Program-made: the position numbers and the translations under genes | Part shown: piece by piece, positions 29,041 to 38,257 of the stretch | How the letters are laid out: every line of letters starts with the position of its first letter | Numbering within the stretch: the stretch's first letter is position 1 | The notes under the pieces: model-generated | Database searches by the model: none | The model's input: the letters and a program-made list of their open reading frames with translations, nothing else | Told to the model about the DNA's origin: nothing | Virus record (IMG/VR): IMGVR_UViG_3300027734_003164 | Span: 152,576 to 216,575 of that record | Direction: 5' to 3' (one strand) | Source of the DNA: a virus | Taxonomy: Duplodnaviria; Caudoviricetes | Length of the DNA: 64,000 bases

Positions 29041-29242
29041 AAAAAATTTTAATAGTAGTTAGTGGTGAATGTTTTAAAAGTGGTGGTAGTAACAATAGAA
29101 ACAGGGGAGATAATGAGTTTTCAAATGAACAACAAAAAATAGCAATAGAATCACATATATAGTAGAAAATTGTAACTATTATGACGATTTAAGACTTAAT
29201 GAGTTTTTAGAAAATCCAGATTTATATAAATTTTACACATGA
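29037..29242 (+). pseudogene. Internally deleted or frameshifted gene remnant
   Basis: ATG 29037 (ATGA overlap with the upstream stop) gives MKKILIVVSGECFKSGG...AIESHI then TAG TAG. A different frame gives ENCNYYDDLRLNEFLENPDLYKFYT ending at TGA 29242, which overlaps the next ATG. Total 206 nt, not a multiple of 3. Confidence 0.65.
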
Positions 29243-30135
29243 GAAATAATGTTATTTTAATTCCCCCAAACCACGCTTTTGGTGATGTTTTGTCTGCAAT
29301 TAGTATGGTTTATTATCTATTATCGTATTATAAAAAAGTTTACTTTTACATTAAAGTTGAAAGAGAAAATTATGCGGTTCCTAACTACTATAATCATTAT
29401 TTTAGGTTTGACCCTTTGTTTAATCATAGAATTTTTATTACAGTTAATGCTGATGAATTAATAAATAATTCACAATATGGAGAATACGATATTATTAATA
29501 TGTCAACAGGAGATTGGCAATCAGCAAAAACTGATTTTTATAAAGAAACAAAAATAGATAAAAGTTTTTATTTTAATGATTTAAATCCGTTATATAACTC
29601 TTTAAATATTCCAGTTGAGCATCAAACAAACCCCAATACTCATTTACCAAATCAAAATGTTGAAGTAAATCATTTATTTTATTATAAATTAATTGGATTA
29701 AACAATAATGTAAGGATGAATTATTTTAATTATTATAGAAACATAGAACATGAAATGCAATTTTCTAAAATTGTATTGGAGAGACATGGTTTACAATTAG
29801 GGGATAAATATAATATTGTAAATAATCCAGTAGGGGGAGCACAGGTAGTTCAAAATAGAATTAATAACAATTACCCAATCATAAATATTAGTCACGCATC
29901 TCCTTGTATAGGTTATCTTATGTCATTAGTTGAAAACGCAGAAAGTATTCATTTTATAGAAGGTAATAATGTAAATTTTTTCTATCATTCACAATATAAA
30001 GGTATTTTTAAATACAATAAAATAATAAATTTTTATGTTTATCTTAGAAACAGAAATTGGGAAGGGTTTAATTTAGATTATGCATGGAAAATGATGGATG
30101 AACCGAGACTACAGAATTGGAACTTTTTATTTTAA
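29239..30135 (+). CDS. Hypothetical glycan-biosynthesis protein (putative glycosyltransferase)
   Basis: HAFGDVL N-terminal motif, LVENAESIHFIE C-terminal motif; operon context. Confidence 0.5.
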   Translation: MRNNVILIPPNHAFGDVLSAISMVYYLLSYYKKVYFYIKVERENYAVPNYYNHYFRFDPLFNHRIFITVNADELINNSQYGEYDIINMSTGDWQSAKTDFYKETKIDKSFYFNDLNPLYNSLNIPVEHQTNPNTHLPNQNVEVNHLFYYKLIGLNNNVRMNYFNYYRNIEHEMQFSKIVLERHGLQLGDKYNIVNNPVGGAQVVQNRINNNYPIINISHASPCIGYLMSLVENAESIHFIEGNNVNFFYHSQYKGIFKYNKIINFYVYLRNRNWEGFNLDYAWKMMDEPRLQNWNFLF

Positions 30136-30152
30136 AAAACAAAATTAAAAAA

Positions 30153-31703
30153 ATGAAAAATAATATACACCTAATTATCCCCATGTCGGGGATAGGAAAA
30201 AGATTTATCGATTATGGATATGACACACCCAAACCACTTATTGAAGTAGACGGTAAACCAATTATTGAACACGTAGTAGGATTATTTCCAGGTATTGAAA
30301 AACTTTCTTTTATATGCAATCAAACACATTTAAGGGACACAAATATGAGGAAAATTTTAAATAAAATAGCCCCTAATTCAAATATTATTGAAGTTCCTGA
30401 TAATATGAAAAAGGGACCAGTCTATGCAGTTTCAAAAGTATTTGACCATATTGATGATAATGAAGAAGTAATTTTTAGTTATTGTGACTATAGTAGTGTT
30501 TGGGATTTTAAAAAATTTTTAAAAGAAAAAGATAATTATGATGGGTTAATACCCTCATACATTGGATTTCATCCTCATATGTTAGGTTCAGATAATTACG
30601 CATTTTCAAAAATGGATGGTGACTACGTAAAAGAAATACGAGAAAAACGACCATTCACCGATAATAAAATGAATGAGTATGCATCAAATGGCACGTATTA
30701 TTTTAAATCAGGCTCAATGGTTAAAAAATACTTCAAAGATTTAATTGATTTAGATATAAATGTTAATGGTGAGTATTATATAAGTTTAGTATATAATTTA
30801 TTAATACAGGATGGTTTAAAAGTTGGTGTTTTTGAAATAGATAAAATGCTGCAGTGGGGAACTCCTTATGATTTAGAGGTTTATAAAAAATGGTCTAATT
30901 TTTTTAAAAAACCAAAAATGAAAACAGTTAACACCCCAAAAGACACAACACTGGTATTACCAATGGCCGGAGACGGTAGTAGATTCAAAGAAGAAAAATA
31001 CACATTACCAAAACCATTATTAGATGTTAATGGAGTTCCTATGGTGATTAATGCCGTCAACGATTTACCATTATGTAATGATAAAATCTTCATAGTAAAA
31101 AATGAACACATTAATGAATATGGTATAGATGAGGTTATAAAAAAACATTTTGACTCAAAAATTATTCGGATAGATACATTAACTGAAGGTCAAGCATGTA
31201 CCTGTGAAATAGGTCTAAAAGATTTTGATGAAAACAAACCGATACTCATTTCCGCATGTGATAATGGAATATACTACGACACCAAAATGTGTCAAGAATT
31301 ATTGATGGATGAATCAATAGATGTTTTAGTATGGTCATTTAGGAATAACCAAACAAGTAAGGTGAACCCTAATGCCTATGCGTGGTTAAAGGTTAATTCC
31401 GATAATAATATAGAACACGTATCTTGTAAAAAATTTATTTATGATGACCCACTAAAAACTCATGCGATAATAGGAACTATGTTTTTTAGAAAGGCGAAGT
31501 ATTTTTTAGAAGGATTACAAAAAAATATTAAAGAAAATATACGTACAAATAATGAGTTCTATGTTGATGACGTATTAAATCAAAACATTAAAGATGGTCT
31601 TACTGTTAAAGTTTTTGAAGTTGAGGATTATATATGTTGGGGAACACCTAACGACTATAAAACTTATAATTACTGGAAAGAGTATTTTGATAGGAGTAAA
31701 TAA
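30153..31703 (+). CDS. Tandem (two-domain) sugar-phosphate nucleotidyltransferase
   Basis: Two copies of the signature: PMSGIGKRF..TPKPL..WGTP and PMAGDGSRF..LPKPL..WGTP. Start placed at ATG 30153 (the track starts at 30117). Confidence 0.85.
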   Translation: MKNNIHLIIPMSGIGKRFIDYGYDTPKPLIEVDGKPIIEHVVGLFPGIEKLSFICNQTHLRDTNMRKILNKIAPNSNIIEVPDNMKKGPVYAVSKVFDHIDDNEEVIFSYCDYSSVWDFKKFLKEKDNYDGLIPSYIGFHPHMLGSDNYAFSKMDGDYVKEIREKRPFTDNKMNEYASNGTYYFKSGSMVKKYFKDLIDLDINVNGEYYISLVYNLLIQDGLKVGVFEIDKMLQWGTPYDLEVYKKWSNFFKKPKMKTVNTPKDTTLVLPMAGDGSRFKEEKYTLPKPLLDVNGVPMVINAVNDLPLCNDKIFIVKNEHINEYGIDEVIKKHFDSKIIRIDTLTEGQACTCEIGLKDFDENKPILISACDNGIYYDTKMCQELLMDESIDVLVWSFRNNQTSKVNPNAYAWLKVNSDNNIEHVSCKKFIYDDPLKTHAIIGTMFFRKAKYFLEGLQKNIKENIRTNNEFYVDDVLNQNIKDGLTVKVFEVEDYICWGTPNDYKTYNYWKEYFDRSK

Positions 31704-31709
31704 AATTAT

Positions 31710-32687
31710 ATGAAAAAAGCACTAATAACTGGCATAAATGGTCAGGACGGCTCTTACTTAGCCGAATTATTAATAAGTAAAAACTATGAGGTTTGGGGTA
31801 CAGTTAAACGTAACTCGGTTTCTGAAACACAATCCAGTAGAATTGAGCACTTACGGGAAAATAATTTAGTAAATTTAGAATATGCCGATTTAAGTGATAT
31901 GGCATCTTTAGTAAGAGTCATATCTAAAGTACAACCTGATGAGGTATATAATTTGGCAGCACAATCACACGTTAGAATAAGTTTTGACCAACCATTATAT
32001 ACTGCAAATGTGACAGGTATTGGTACTTTAAACTTATTGGAAGCGGTTAGATTAGTTTCCCCACATTCTAAAATATACCAAGCGTCCTCTTCGGAGATGT
32101 TTGGTAATACCATTGATGATGACGGGTTTCAAAGAGAGACGACCCCAATGAATCCAGTTTCACCATATGGTTGTGCTAAAGTTTTTTCATATAACATATG
32201 CAGAAATTATAGAAACTCATATGGTATGAAAATATGGAACGGAATTTTATTTAATCATGAATCACCTAGACGAGGGACCAATTTTGTTACTAATAAAGTC
32301 GTTAAAGCTGCTGTTAGAATAAGTCTTGGGTTGCAAGACAAATTGGAAATAGGTAATTTAGATGCGACTAGAGATTGGGGACATGCAAAAGATTACGTTT
32401 ACGCAATGTGGTTAATGTTGCAATCTGAAAAGCCAGATGATTATGTTTGCTCAACAGGTATTTCACATTCTGTTAGAGATTTATGTGGTTATGTTTTTAA
32501 TTCGCTTGGGTTAAATTTTTTAGACTATGTTTTAGTTGACGAAAAACATTTTAGACCTGAAGAGTTAGAAAACTTAAAAGGCGATTCTTCAAAACTTAGG
32601 TCGGAGTTATTTTGGGAACCAAAATACACGTTTGAGTCAATGTTAGATGAAATGATTAAATATTGGTTAGACTATTATGGAAAATAA
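31710..32687 (+). CDS. gmd: GDP-mannose 4,6-dehydratase
   Basis: ITGINGQDGSYLAE, NLAAQSHV, QASSSEMFG, SPYGCAK, FNHESPRRG, RDWGHAKDYV. Confidence 0.97.
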   Translation: MKKALITGINGQDGSYLAELLISKNYEVWGTVKRNSVSETQSSRIEHLRENNLVNLEYADLSDMASLVRVISKVQPDEVYNLAAQSHVRISFDQPLYTANVTGIGTLNLLEAVRLVSPHSKIYQASSSEMFGNTIDDDGFQRETTPMNPVSPYGCAKVFSYNICRNYRNSYGMKIWNGILFNHESPRRGTNFVTNKVVKAAVRISLGLQDKLEIGNLDATRDWGHAKDYVYAMWLMLQSEKPDDYVCSTGISHSVRDLCGYVFNSLGLNFLDYVLVDEKHFRPEELENLKGDSSKLRSELFWEPKYTFESMLDEMIKYWLDYYGK

Positions 32688-33588
32688 AATTTTAGTAACA
32701 GGAGGGAATGGTTTAGTTGGTCGGGAATTTGTGGGAGAACAATATTACAAACCAACATCAAAAGAATATAATCTAAAAAATACAGATGACGTAAATCGTT
32801 TAATGTTAAAAAGATTTGACAGTGTAATTCACACTGCAGGTAAAGTTGGTGGGTTAGGAGGGAATATGAATCACAAGGGAGATTTTTTTTATGATAATAT
32901 TATGATAAATACAAATGTGATTGAATCCTCTAGAATCTCCGGAGTAAAAAATTTAGTAGCCTTTTTATCTACATGTGTGTTTCCCGATAATTTAGATTAC
33001 CCATTAACTGAAAAAAAAATACACATGGGACCTCCTCATTTTTCAAATGATGCTTACGCATACGCAAAACGTATGGTTGATGTTCAAATACGGGCATATA
33101 AAGAACAATACGGTTTAAATTATAAATCAGTCATACCTACTAATATTTATGGTCCAAACGATAATTATGACATTAAAAATGGTCACGTAATTCCTTCACT
33201 AATACATAAATGTTATTTAGCGAGAGAACATAAAACACCACTAACTATTTGGGGTAGTGGGAATCCGCTAAGAGAGTTTATTTTTAGTAGAGATGTTGCT
33301 AAATTAACCGAGTGGGTTCTTTTTAACTATGACGAAAATGAACCAATAATACTTTCTACCTCGGAGGAGATTTCAATAAAAGAAGTTGTGGGTATAATAG
33401 TCGAAATTATGAATTTTAAAGGTGAAGTTAAGTTTGATACAACAAAACCTGACGGACAATATAGAAAACCTTCAGACAACTCCAAAATTAAAAGTTATTT
33501 ACCTGACTTTAATTTTACAAACCTTTTTGATGGATTAAAAGAAACTATTGAATATTTTGAAAAATACTATAATGTTGTAAGAAAATAA
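32677..33588 (+). CDS. fcl: GDP-L-fucose synthase
   Basis: TGGNGLVG, AGKVGG, LSTCVFP, YAYAKR, PTNIYGP, HVIPSL, WGSG..REF. Confidence 0.93.
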   Translation: MENKILVTGGNGLVGREFVGEQYYKPTSKEYNLKNTDDVNRLMLKRFDSVIHTAGKVGGLGGNMNHKGDFFYDNIMINTNVIESSRISGVKNLVAFLSTCVFPDNLDYPLTEKKIHMGPPHFSNDAYAYAKRMVDVQIRAYKEQYGLNYKSVIPTNIYGPNDNYDIKNGHVIPSLIHKCYLAREHKTPLTIWGSGNPLREFIFSRDVAKLTEWVLFNYDENEPIILSTSEEISIKEVVGIIVEIMNFKGEVKFDTTKPDGQYRKPSDNSKIKSYLPDFNFTNLFDGLKETIEYFEKYYNVVRK

Positions 33589-33592
33589 CCAA

Positions 33593-34327
33593 ATGACAAG
33601 AAAAAAAATAACAACAGAAGAACCTGTAATTCCACAAACATTTTCAAAAAAAGATTTCATAAATGCAACAATCAAAAGAAAACAAAAAAGTAAATTTTTA
33701 TCTGACAACCAAAAAGACTACTACGATATTTTATTAAGTAATCAAATTACAATCTGTTCAGGACCTGCGGGTGTTGGTAAAAGTTACATTTCTATGAAAG
33801 CGGCTGTCGATTTATTAATTGACCCATCGAACTCATATGAAAAAATAATTATTGTAAGACCTGCGGTTGAGGCTGAAGAAAAATTGGGTTCCTTACCGGG
33901 TAATTTAGAAGAGAAATTAGACCCTTATATTTTTCCATCTTATTATTTATTAAACAAAATTATTGGTAAGGATGTCAGAGAAAAACTAAAAGAGGCTGAA
34001 ATAATTGAAGTTTTTGCTTTAGCTTATATGAGGGGTATGAATATTGATAATTCTATTTTAATATTTGAGGAAGCTCAAAACGCAACACCAAATCAAATTA
34101 AATTACTATTGACAAGAATCGGTTTTAATAGTAAATTTTTCATATCTGGCGATTTGGAACAAACTGATAGATATAAAGATAAAAAACAATCAGGACTATA
34201 CGACGCCCTTCAAAGATTTCAAAATGTAAACGATATTGGAATTTATGATTTTAGAAATGCAAAAAACGTAAGAAACCCATTAATTGGTAAAATTTTAGAA
34301 AGATACGATGAAGAAAATAGGAATTGA
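33593..34327 (+). CDS. phoH: PhoH-family protein
   Basis: GPAGVGKS, RPAVE, LGSLPG, YMRG, EEAQN, GDLEQTD. Confidence 0.93.
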   Translation: MTRKKITTEEPVIPQTFSKKDFINATIKRKQKSKFLSDNQKDYYDILLSNQITICSGPAGVGKSYISMKAAVDLLIDPSNSYEKIIIVRPAVEAEEKLGSLPGNLEEKLDPYIFPSYYLLNKIIGKDVREKLKEAEIIEVFALAYMRGMNIDNSILIFEEAQNATPNQIKLLLTRIGFNSKFFISGDLEQTDRYKDKKQSGLYDALQRFQNVNDIGIYDFRNAKNVRNPLIGKILERYDEENRN

Positions 34328-34955
34328 GGTTAATGGTGTATTAAGAAATACCTTGGGTAAAATTCAACAAACTTATGAAAAGTTTTTGATTGAAAACAAC
34401 TCAACAGAAAAAACTTATGTTTTGGACGAATCAGGTAATACTGAATCAATTATACAGAAAGAAGAGTTTGAATACGAGGTGTTAGGTAATATTGACAGCC
34501 TTAATTTATTAAACCATTTTAAGTTTAAGTCTGACGATGAACTTTATGAGTTTTTATATCAAGAATTTTCGATGCAAATATTTGGTCATGCCGAATCTTC
34601 AGAGATGCACACATTTTATACCTTAAATGACATTTATTTAAAATATCGAAGTACAAATGATATTGTAATTGTCTCTGATGAAATTGGTAAATCTAAACCG
34701 GCCACATTATTTTTTTTATCAAAGTTTGGTTGTCAAATTGAAAAAATTAAATTTTATTCAGACACCACTAAAAACTCAATTTGGGATGAGGTTGATGTTT
34801 TAGTTAGTTCAAATCCAAGTTTAATTGAAGACCATCCAGAAAACAAAGTTGTTATAAAGTTCAATACTCAATACAACAAAACAAATAAATCTGAACACGA
34901 AATCAGTTCACTTAAAGAATTAGATGAATGTTTACAAAAATTAGGAATATGTTAG
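34308..34955 (+). CDS. HAD-like (5'-nucleotidase-like) protein with degenerate motif I
   Basis: KKIGIEVNGVLRN in place of IGIDxDGVL; C-terminal VIKFNTQYN. Confidence 0.5.
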   Translation: MKKIGIEVNGVLRNTLGKIQQTYEKFLIENNSTEKTYVLDESGNTESIIQKEEFEYEVLGNIDSLNLLNHFKFKSDDELYEFLYQEFSMQIFGHAESSEMHTFYTLNDIYLKYRSTNDIVIVSDEIGKSKPATLFFLSKFGCQIEKIKFYSDTTKNSIWDEVDVLVSSNPSLIEDHPENKVVIKFNTQYNKTNKSEHEISSLKELDECLQKLGIC

Positions 34956-35233
34956 AATTTTTAGGTGAGAGATATTATATCGACGTACAGGAAATAGAAA
35001 ATAAAATTGCAATGTCTGTCCCCACTTTGGAATCAACTGAAGTTGAGGGTCAAAACGAACCACATATAAGTGTTTCAAAATGGGAAGTATATAAAAATTT
35101 AGTAGATGTTATATTATCCGAAAGAGAAGAACTTGATGAAAATTTAGGTATACATAGTGCCAAAAATTTATCAATCCCTTTTAAATTCGCATTCAATACT
35201 TTACTAATAAACAACATAATAAAAAAGTTATAA
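34949..35233 (+). CDS. Hypothetical protein
   Basis: ORF; ATG 34949 preferred over the track start at 34928. Confidence 0.65.
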   Translation: MLEFLGERYYIDVQEIENKIAMSVPTLESTEVEGQNEPHISVSKWEVYKNLVDVILSEREELDENLGIHSAKNLSIPFKFAFNTLLINNIIKKL

Positions 35234-35237
35234 TAAA

Positions 35238-36302
35238 ATGGAATTAGACAAAATTAAAAAAATTGAAACTTCAGTTGAAAAACTTGGAAATAAAACCGCA
35301 AGAATTTATTTTTTAGTTCAAGACACAAAAGGAAACCCGAAGGCGGGTGTTTCTTACATTTATCAAATGGCTATGTCATTGTTAAAGAAAGGATTTAACG
35401 TGAAAATGATTCACGAAACAAAAGATTACCAAGGTGTTGGTGATTGGTTAGGAAAAGAATACATGGAAATGGAGCATATCGCAATTGAGGGTCAGAATCT
35501 TCCTATTTCACCTGAAGATTTTGTTGTTATTCCTGAATTGTACGCGCACGTTATGGAGCAACTTAAAAATTATCCATGTGGTAAATTGGTGTTGTGTCAA
35601 GCATATGATTACATGTTAGAAACTTTACCTCCAGGTATTTCATGGGCCAATTATGGGTTTTTAAAAAGTATTAGTACTTCTGAATTTCAAAAAGAATATA
35701 TCAAATCAGTTTTTAAAAATGTAAGTGTTGACGTTGTTGAACCTCTTATTTCTGAAGTATTCAGTAAAAAAGACAAACCATCAAAACCAATTGTTTCTAT
35801 TCACTGTAGAGAACCAAGAGACACTGCTAAAATTATCAAAAGTTTTTATTTAAAATATCCTCAGTATCGTTGGTTTACTTTTAGAGACATGAAAAACATT
35901 AGTCAAACAGACTTTTCAAAGTTTTTAAAAGAATCTTTTGTTTCGGTTTGGGTCGATAGAGAGTCAGGGTTTGGTACATTCCCAATCGAAAGCATGATTT
36001 CAAATACACCAGTAATTGGTGTGGTTCCTAATTTGAAACCTGATTGGATGAATGAAAATAACGGTATTTGGACATATTCTTTTAACGAAATTATCGACGT
36101 TTTAGCAAATTTTGCACAAAATTGGTTAGAAGACAACATCAACGAAGAGTTGTATACTAAAATGTCCGAAACTGGTGAAAAATATCAAAATAAAGAATCA
36201 TTTGAAAATAAAATTGAATCTTTGTTTACTGGATATTTTAACGTAAGAAAAGAAATGTTTAGTCAACAATTAGAAAAATTAAAAATAACTGAAGAAAAAT
36301 AA
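35238..36302 (+). CDS. GT-B glycosyltransferase-like protein
   Basis: DFVVIPE, ESGFGTFPIESM..TPVIG (ExFGxxxxE motif). Confidence 0.75.
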   Translation: MELDKIKKIETSVEKLGNKTARIYFLVQDTKGNPKAGVSYIYQMAMSLLKKGFNVKMIHETKDYQGVGDWLGKEYMEMEHIAIEGQNLPISPEDFVVIPELYAHVMEQLKNYPCGKLVLCQAYDYMLETLPPGISWANYGFLKSISTSEFQKEYIKSVFKNVSVDVVEPLISEVFSKKDKPSKPIVSIHCREPRDTAKIIKSFYLKYPQYRWFTFRDMKNISQTDFSKFLKESFVSVWVDRESGFGTFPIESMISNTPVIGVVPNLKPDWMNENNGIWTYSFNEIIDVLANFAQNWLEDNINEELYTKMSETGEKYQNKESFENKIESLFTGYFNVRKEMFSQQLEKLKITEEK

Positions 36303-36306
36303 TATT

Positions 36307-37119
36307 ATGGAAAACTTAGAAAAATTAGATGTATCGGTAATTCTACCAATTGATTCGGCAAATAATATCATGTTTGAAGATTTATTCAACAGAGCCATTA
36401 CATCCATTCAAACACAAACAAAACCTATTAATGAATTAGTAATTGTTCATTCGGGTGAAGAGTTATTAAAAAATAAATTAGATAATTACAACTTTAGTGG
36501 TCTAACAGTTACTATGGTAGAAAATCAAAATGAATTTGATTTTTGTTCTCAAGTAAATATTGGTGTAAAACACGCTAAAAGTACTTGGATTTCTATTTTA
36601 GAATTTGATGATGAATATTCTACAATTTGGTTTAAAAATTTCGATAGATATAGTAAATCATATTCTGAAGTTGATGCATTTTTACCTATTGTTGTTGATA
36701 CTGACGAAAAAGGAGTTTTTGTTGGGTTTACTAATGAAGCCACATTTGCAGTTAGTATGAACTCAGAAATTGGTTACTTAAATAATGATACACTTTTGAA
36801 TTATCAAAACTTTCAATCAAGTGGAATTGTTATTAAAAAGTCAGTTTATGAAGAAAACGGCGGGTTTAAATCAAGTATGAAATTAACTTTTGTGTATGAG
36901 TTCTTATTAAGATTAACTTATAATTCTGTTAAAATTATGACAATTCCAAGAATTGGTTACAAACACATGAATTTAAGACCAGGTTCTATATTTTGGAATT
37001 ATAAAAATGGGGAAAGTAAAATTACAGATGATGAGGTTTCGTTTTGGATTGAGTCGGCAAAAAAAGAACATTTTTTCACAACCGATAGGAACATAAAATA
37101 CGAACCACAAAATGTATAA
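36307..37119 (+). CDS. GT2-like glycosyltransferase
   Basis: VSVILPI, SQVNIGV, ILEFDDEY, VYEFLLR. Confidence 0.75.
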   Translation: MENLEKLDVSVILPIDSANNIMFEDLFNRAITSIQTQTKPINELVIVHSGEELLKNKLDNYNFSGLTVTMVENQNEFDFCSQVNIGVKHAKSTWISILEFDDEYSTIWFKNFDRYSKSYSEVDAFLPIVVDTDEKGVFVGFTNEATFAVSMNSEIGYLNNDTLLNYQNFQSSGIVIKKSVYEENGGFKSSMKLTFVYEFLLRLTYNSVKIMTIPRIGYKHMNLRPGSIFWNYKNGESKITDDEVSFWIESAKKEHFFTTDRNIKYEPQNV

Positions 37120-37862
37120 TGTTTTTAGAGGAGTCAAACCCTGAACATTTAGACGAAAAGAAAAAGACAGAAAAAAAAAGTAAAAATTATTTTGATGTGA
37201 GAGAGGAAGAGGCGGTGAAAGATTATATCACCGCCGAAACTCAAATAGAAAAAGAAGAGATTTATAATAAATTTCTTAAAGAACCGTTAGATAAGATGAT
37301 TGAATCAATCATAAGACGCTACAAACTTTATAGAAAAGATATGGAGTATCGAGATTTACATACTGATACACATTCTTTTTTAATGACAAAAGTTGATAAA
37401 TTTAAACCAGCTAAAAACAAAAAAGCGTATTCTTACTTTGGTACTATTTGTAAGAACTATTTAATGGGTCAAATACAAAAAGACCAAAAAGAAACAAATA
37501 GAAAAGTGTCTTATGAAGATATTTCACAAGCATTGGAGAACAGACCTGACATGGTTTATTATTTAGAGTTTGAAAAAATTGATGCTGAAAAAATAATAGA
37601 TATATTTTTAAAAGACTTAAAAGACCACGTTAAAAATACATCAATGGCAGATGGAGAATTTAAACTTGGAAACGCCTTGATTGAATTATTTGAAAATTAT
37701 GGTAATATTTTTATTGGAAATGACAACAATAAGTTTAATAAAAATATAGTTTTACTTTCGCTTCGAGAAATGACAAATTTATCAACAAAAGAAATAAGAA
37801 CATATCTAAAAAAATATAAAATTCTTTATTTGAATACTATTAGAAGAATAAATAATAATTAA
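37119..37862 (+). CDS. Phage sigma factor, T4 gp55-like (late transcription)
   Basis: NYF N-terminus; DKFKP...KAYSYFGTICKNYL resembles the gp55 region-2 motif (F.P....NPFAYFTQI..NAF). Confidence 0.7.
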   Translation: MFLEESNPEHLDEKKKTEKKSKNYFDVREEEAVKDYITAETQIEKEEIYNKFLKEPLDKMIESIIRRYKLYRKDMEYRDLHTDTHSFLMTKVDKFKPAKNKKAYSYFGTICKNYLMGQIQKDQKETNRKVSYEDISQALENRPDMVYYLEFEKIDAEKIIDIFLKDLKDHVKNTSMADGEFKLGNALIELFENYGNIFIGNDNNKFNKNIVLLSLREMTNLSTKEIRTYLKKYKILYLNTIRRINNN

Positions 37863-37882
37863 AATTTATCTATTTATTGAGT

Positions 37883-38257
37883 ATGGATAGAAAGAGAAAA
37901 AAAGAAATCGCATTAAACAAAGATTCAGTATTAGGTTTAATGCAAGAGATATACAACGAATTAGTTGAACAAAGGTCAACAGCCATTAGGATTCAAAATA
38001 AAATGTTAGGACTTCTTAAAGATGCTGAAGATATGACTGTTATTGGTCCCGTTATAAAAGAACAACAAAAAATTATCAACGACACAATTGAAAAGAAGTT
38101 AAGTCTTTCCAAACTTCAATCTACAATTTGGGAAAAATCTAACAGTTCTAAAGAAGAAAATTTTTCATTGTCTGATATGGATGAAACTGTCCTTCAAAGT
38201 TTAATTCAAAAAGACATTAGTCAAAATAATGATAATAATTTTACACTTGAAAAATAA
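37883..38257 (+). CDS. Hypothetical coiled-coil late protein
   Basis: ATG 37883 lies 4 nt after TATTTATT (the track uses a TTG at 37877). Confidence 0.65.
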   Translation: MDRKRKKEIALNKDSVLGLMQEIYNELVEQRSTAIRIQNKMLGLLKDAEDMTVIGPVIKEQQKIINDTIEKKLSLSKLQSTIWEKSNSSKEENFSLSDMDETVLQSLIQKDISQNNDNNFTLEK

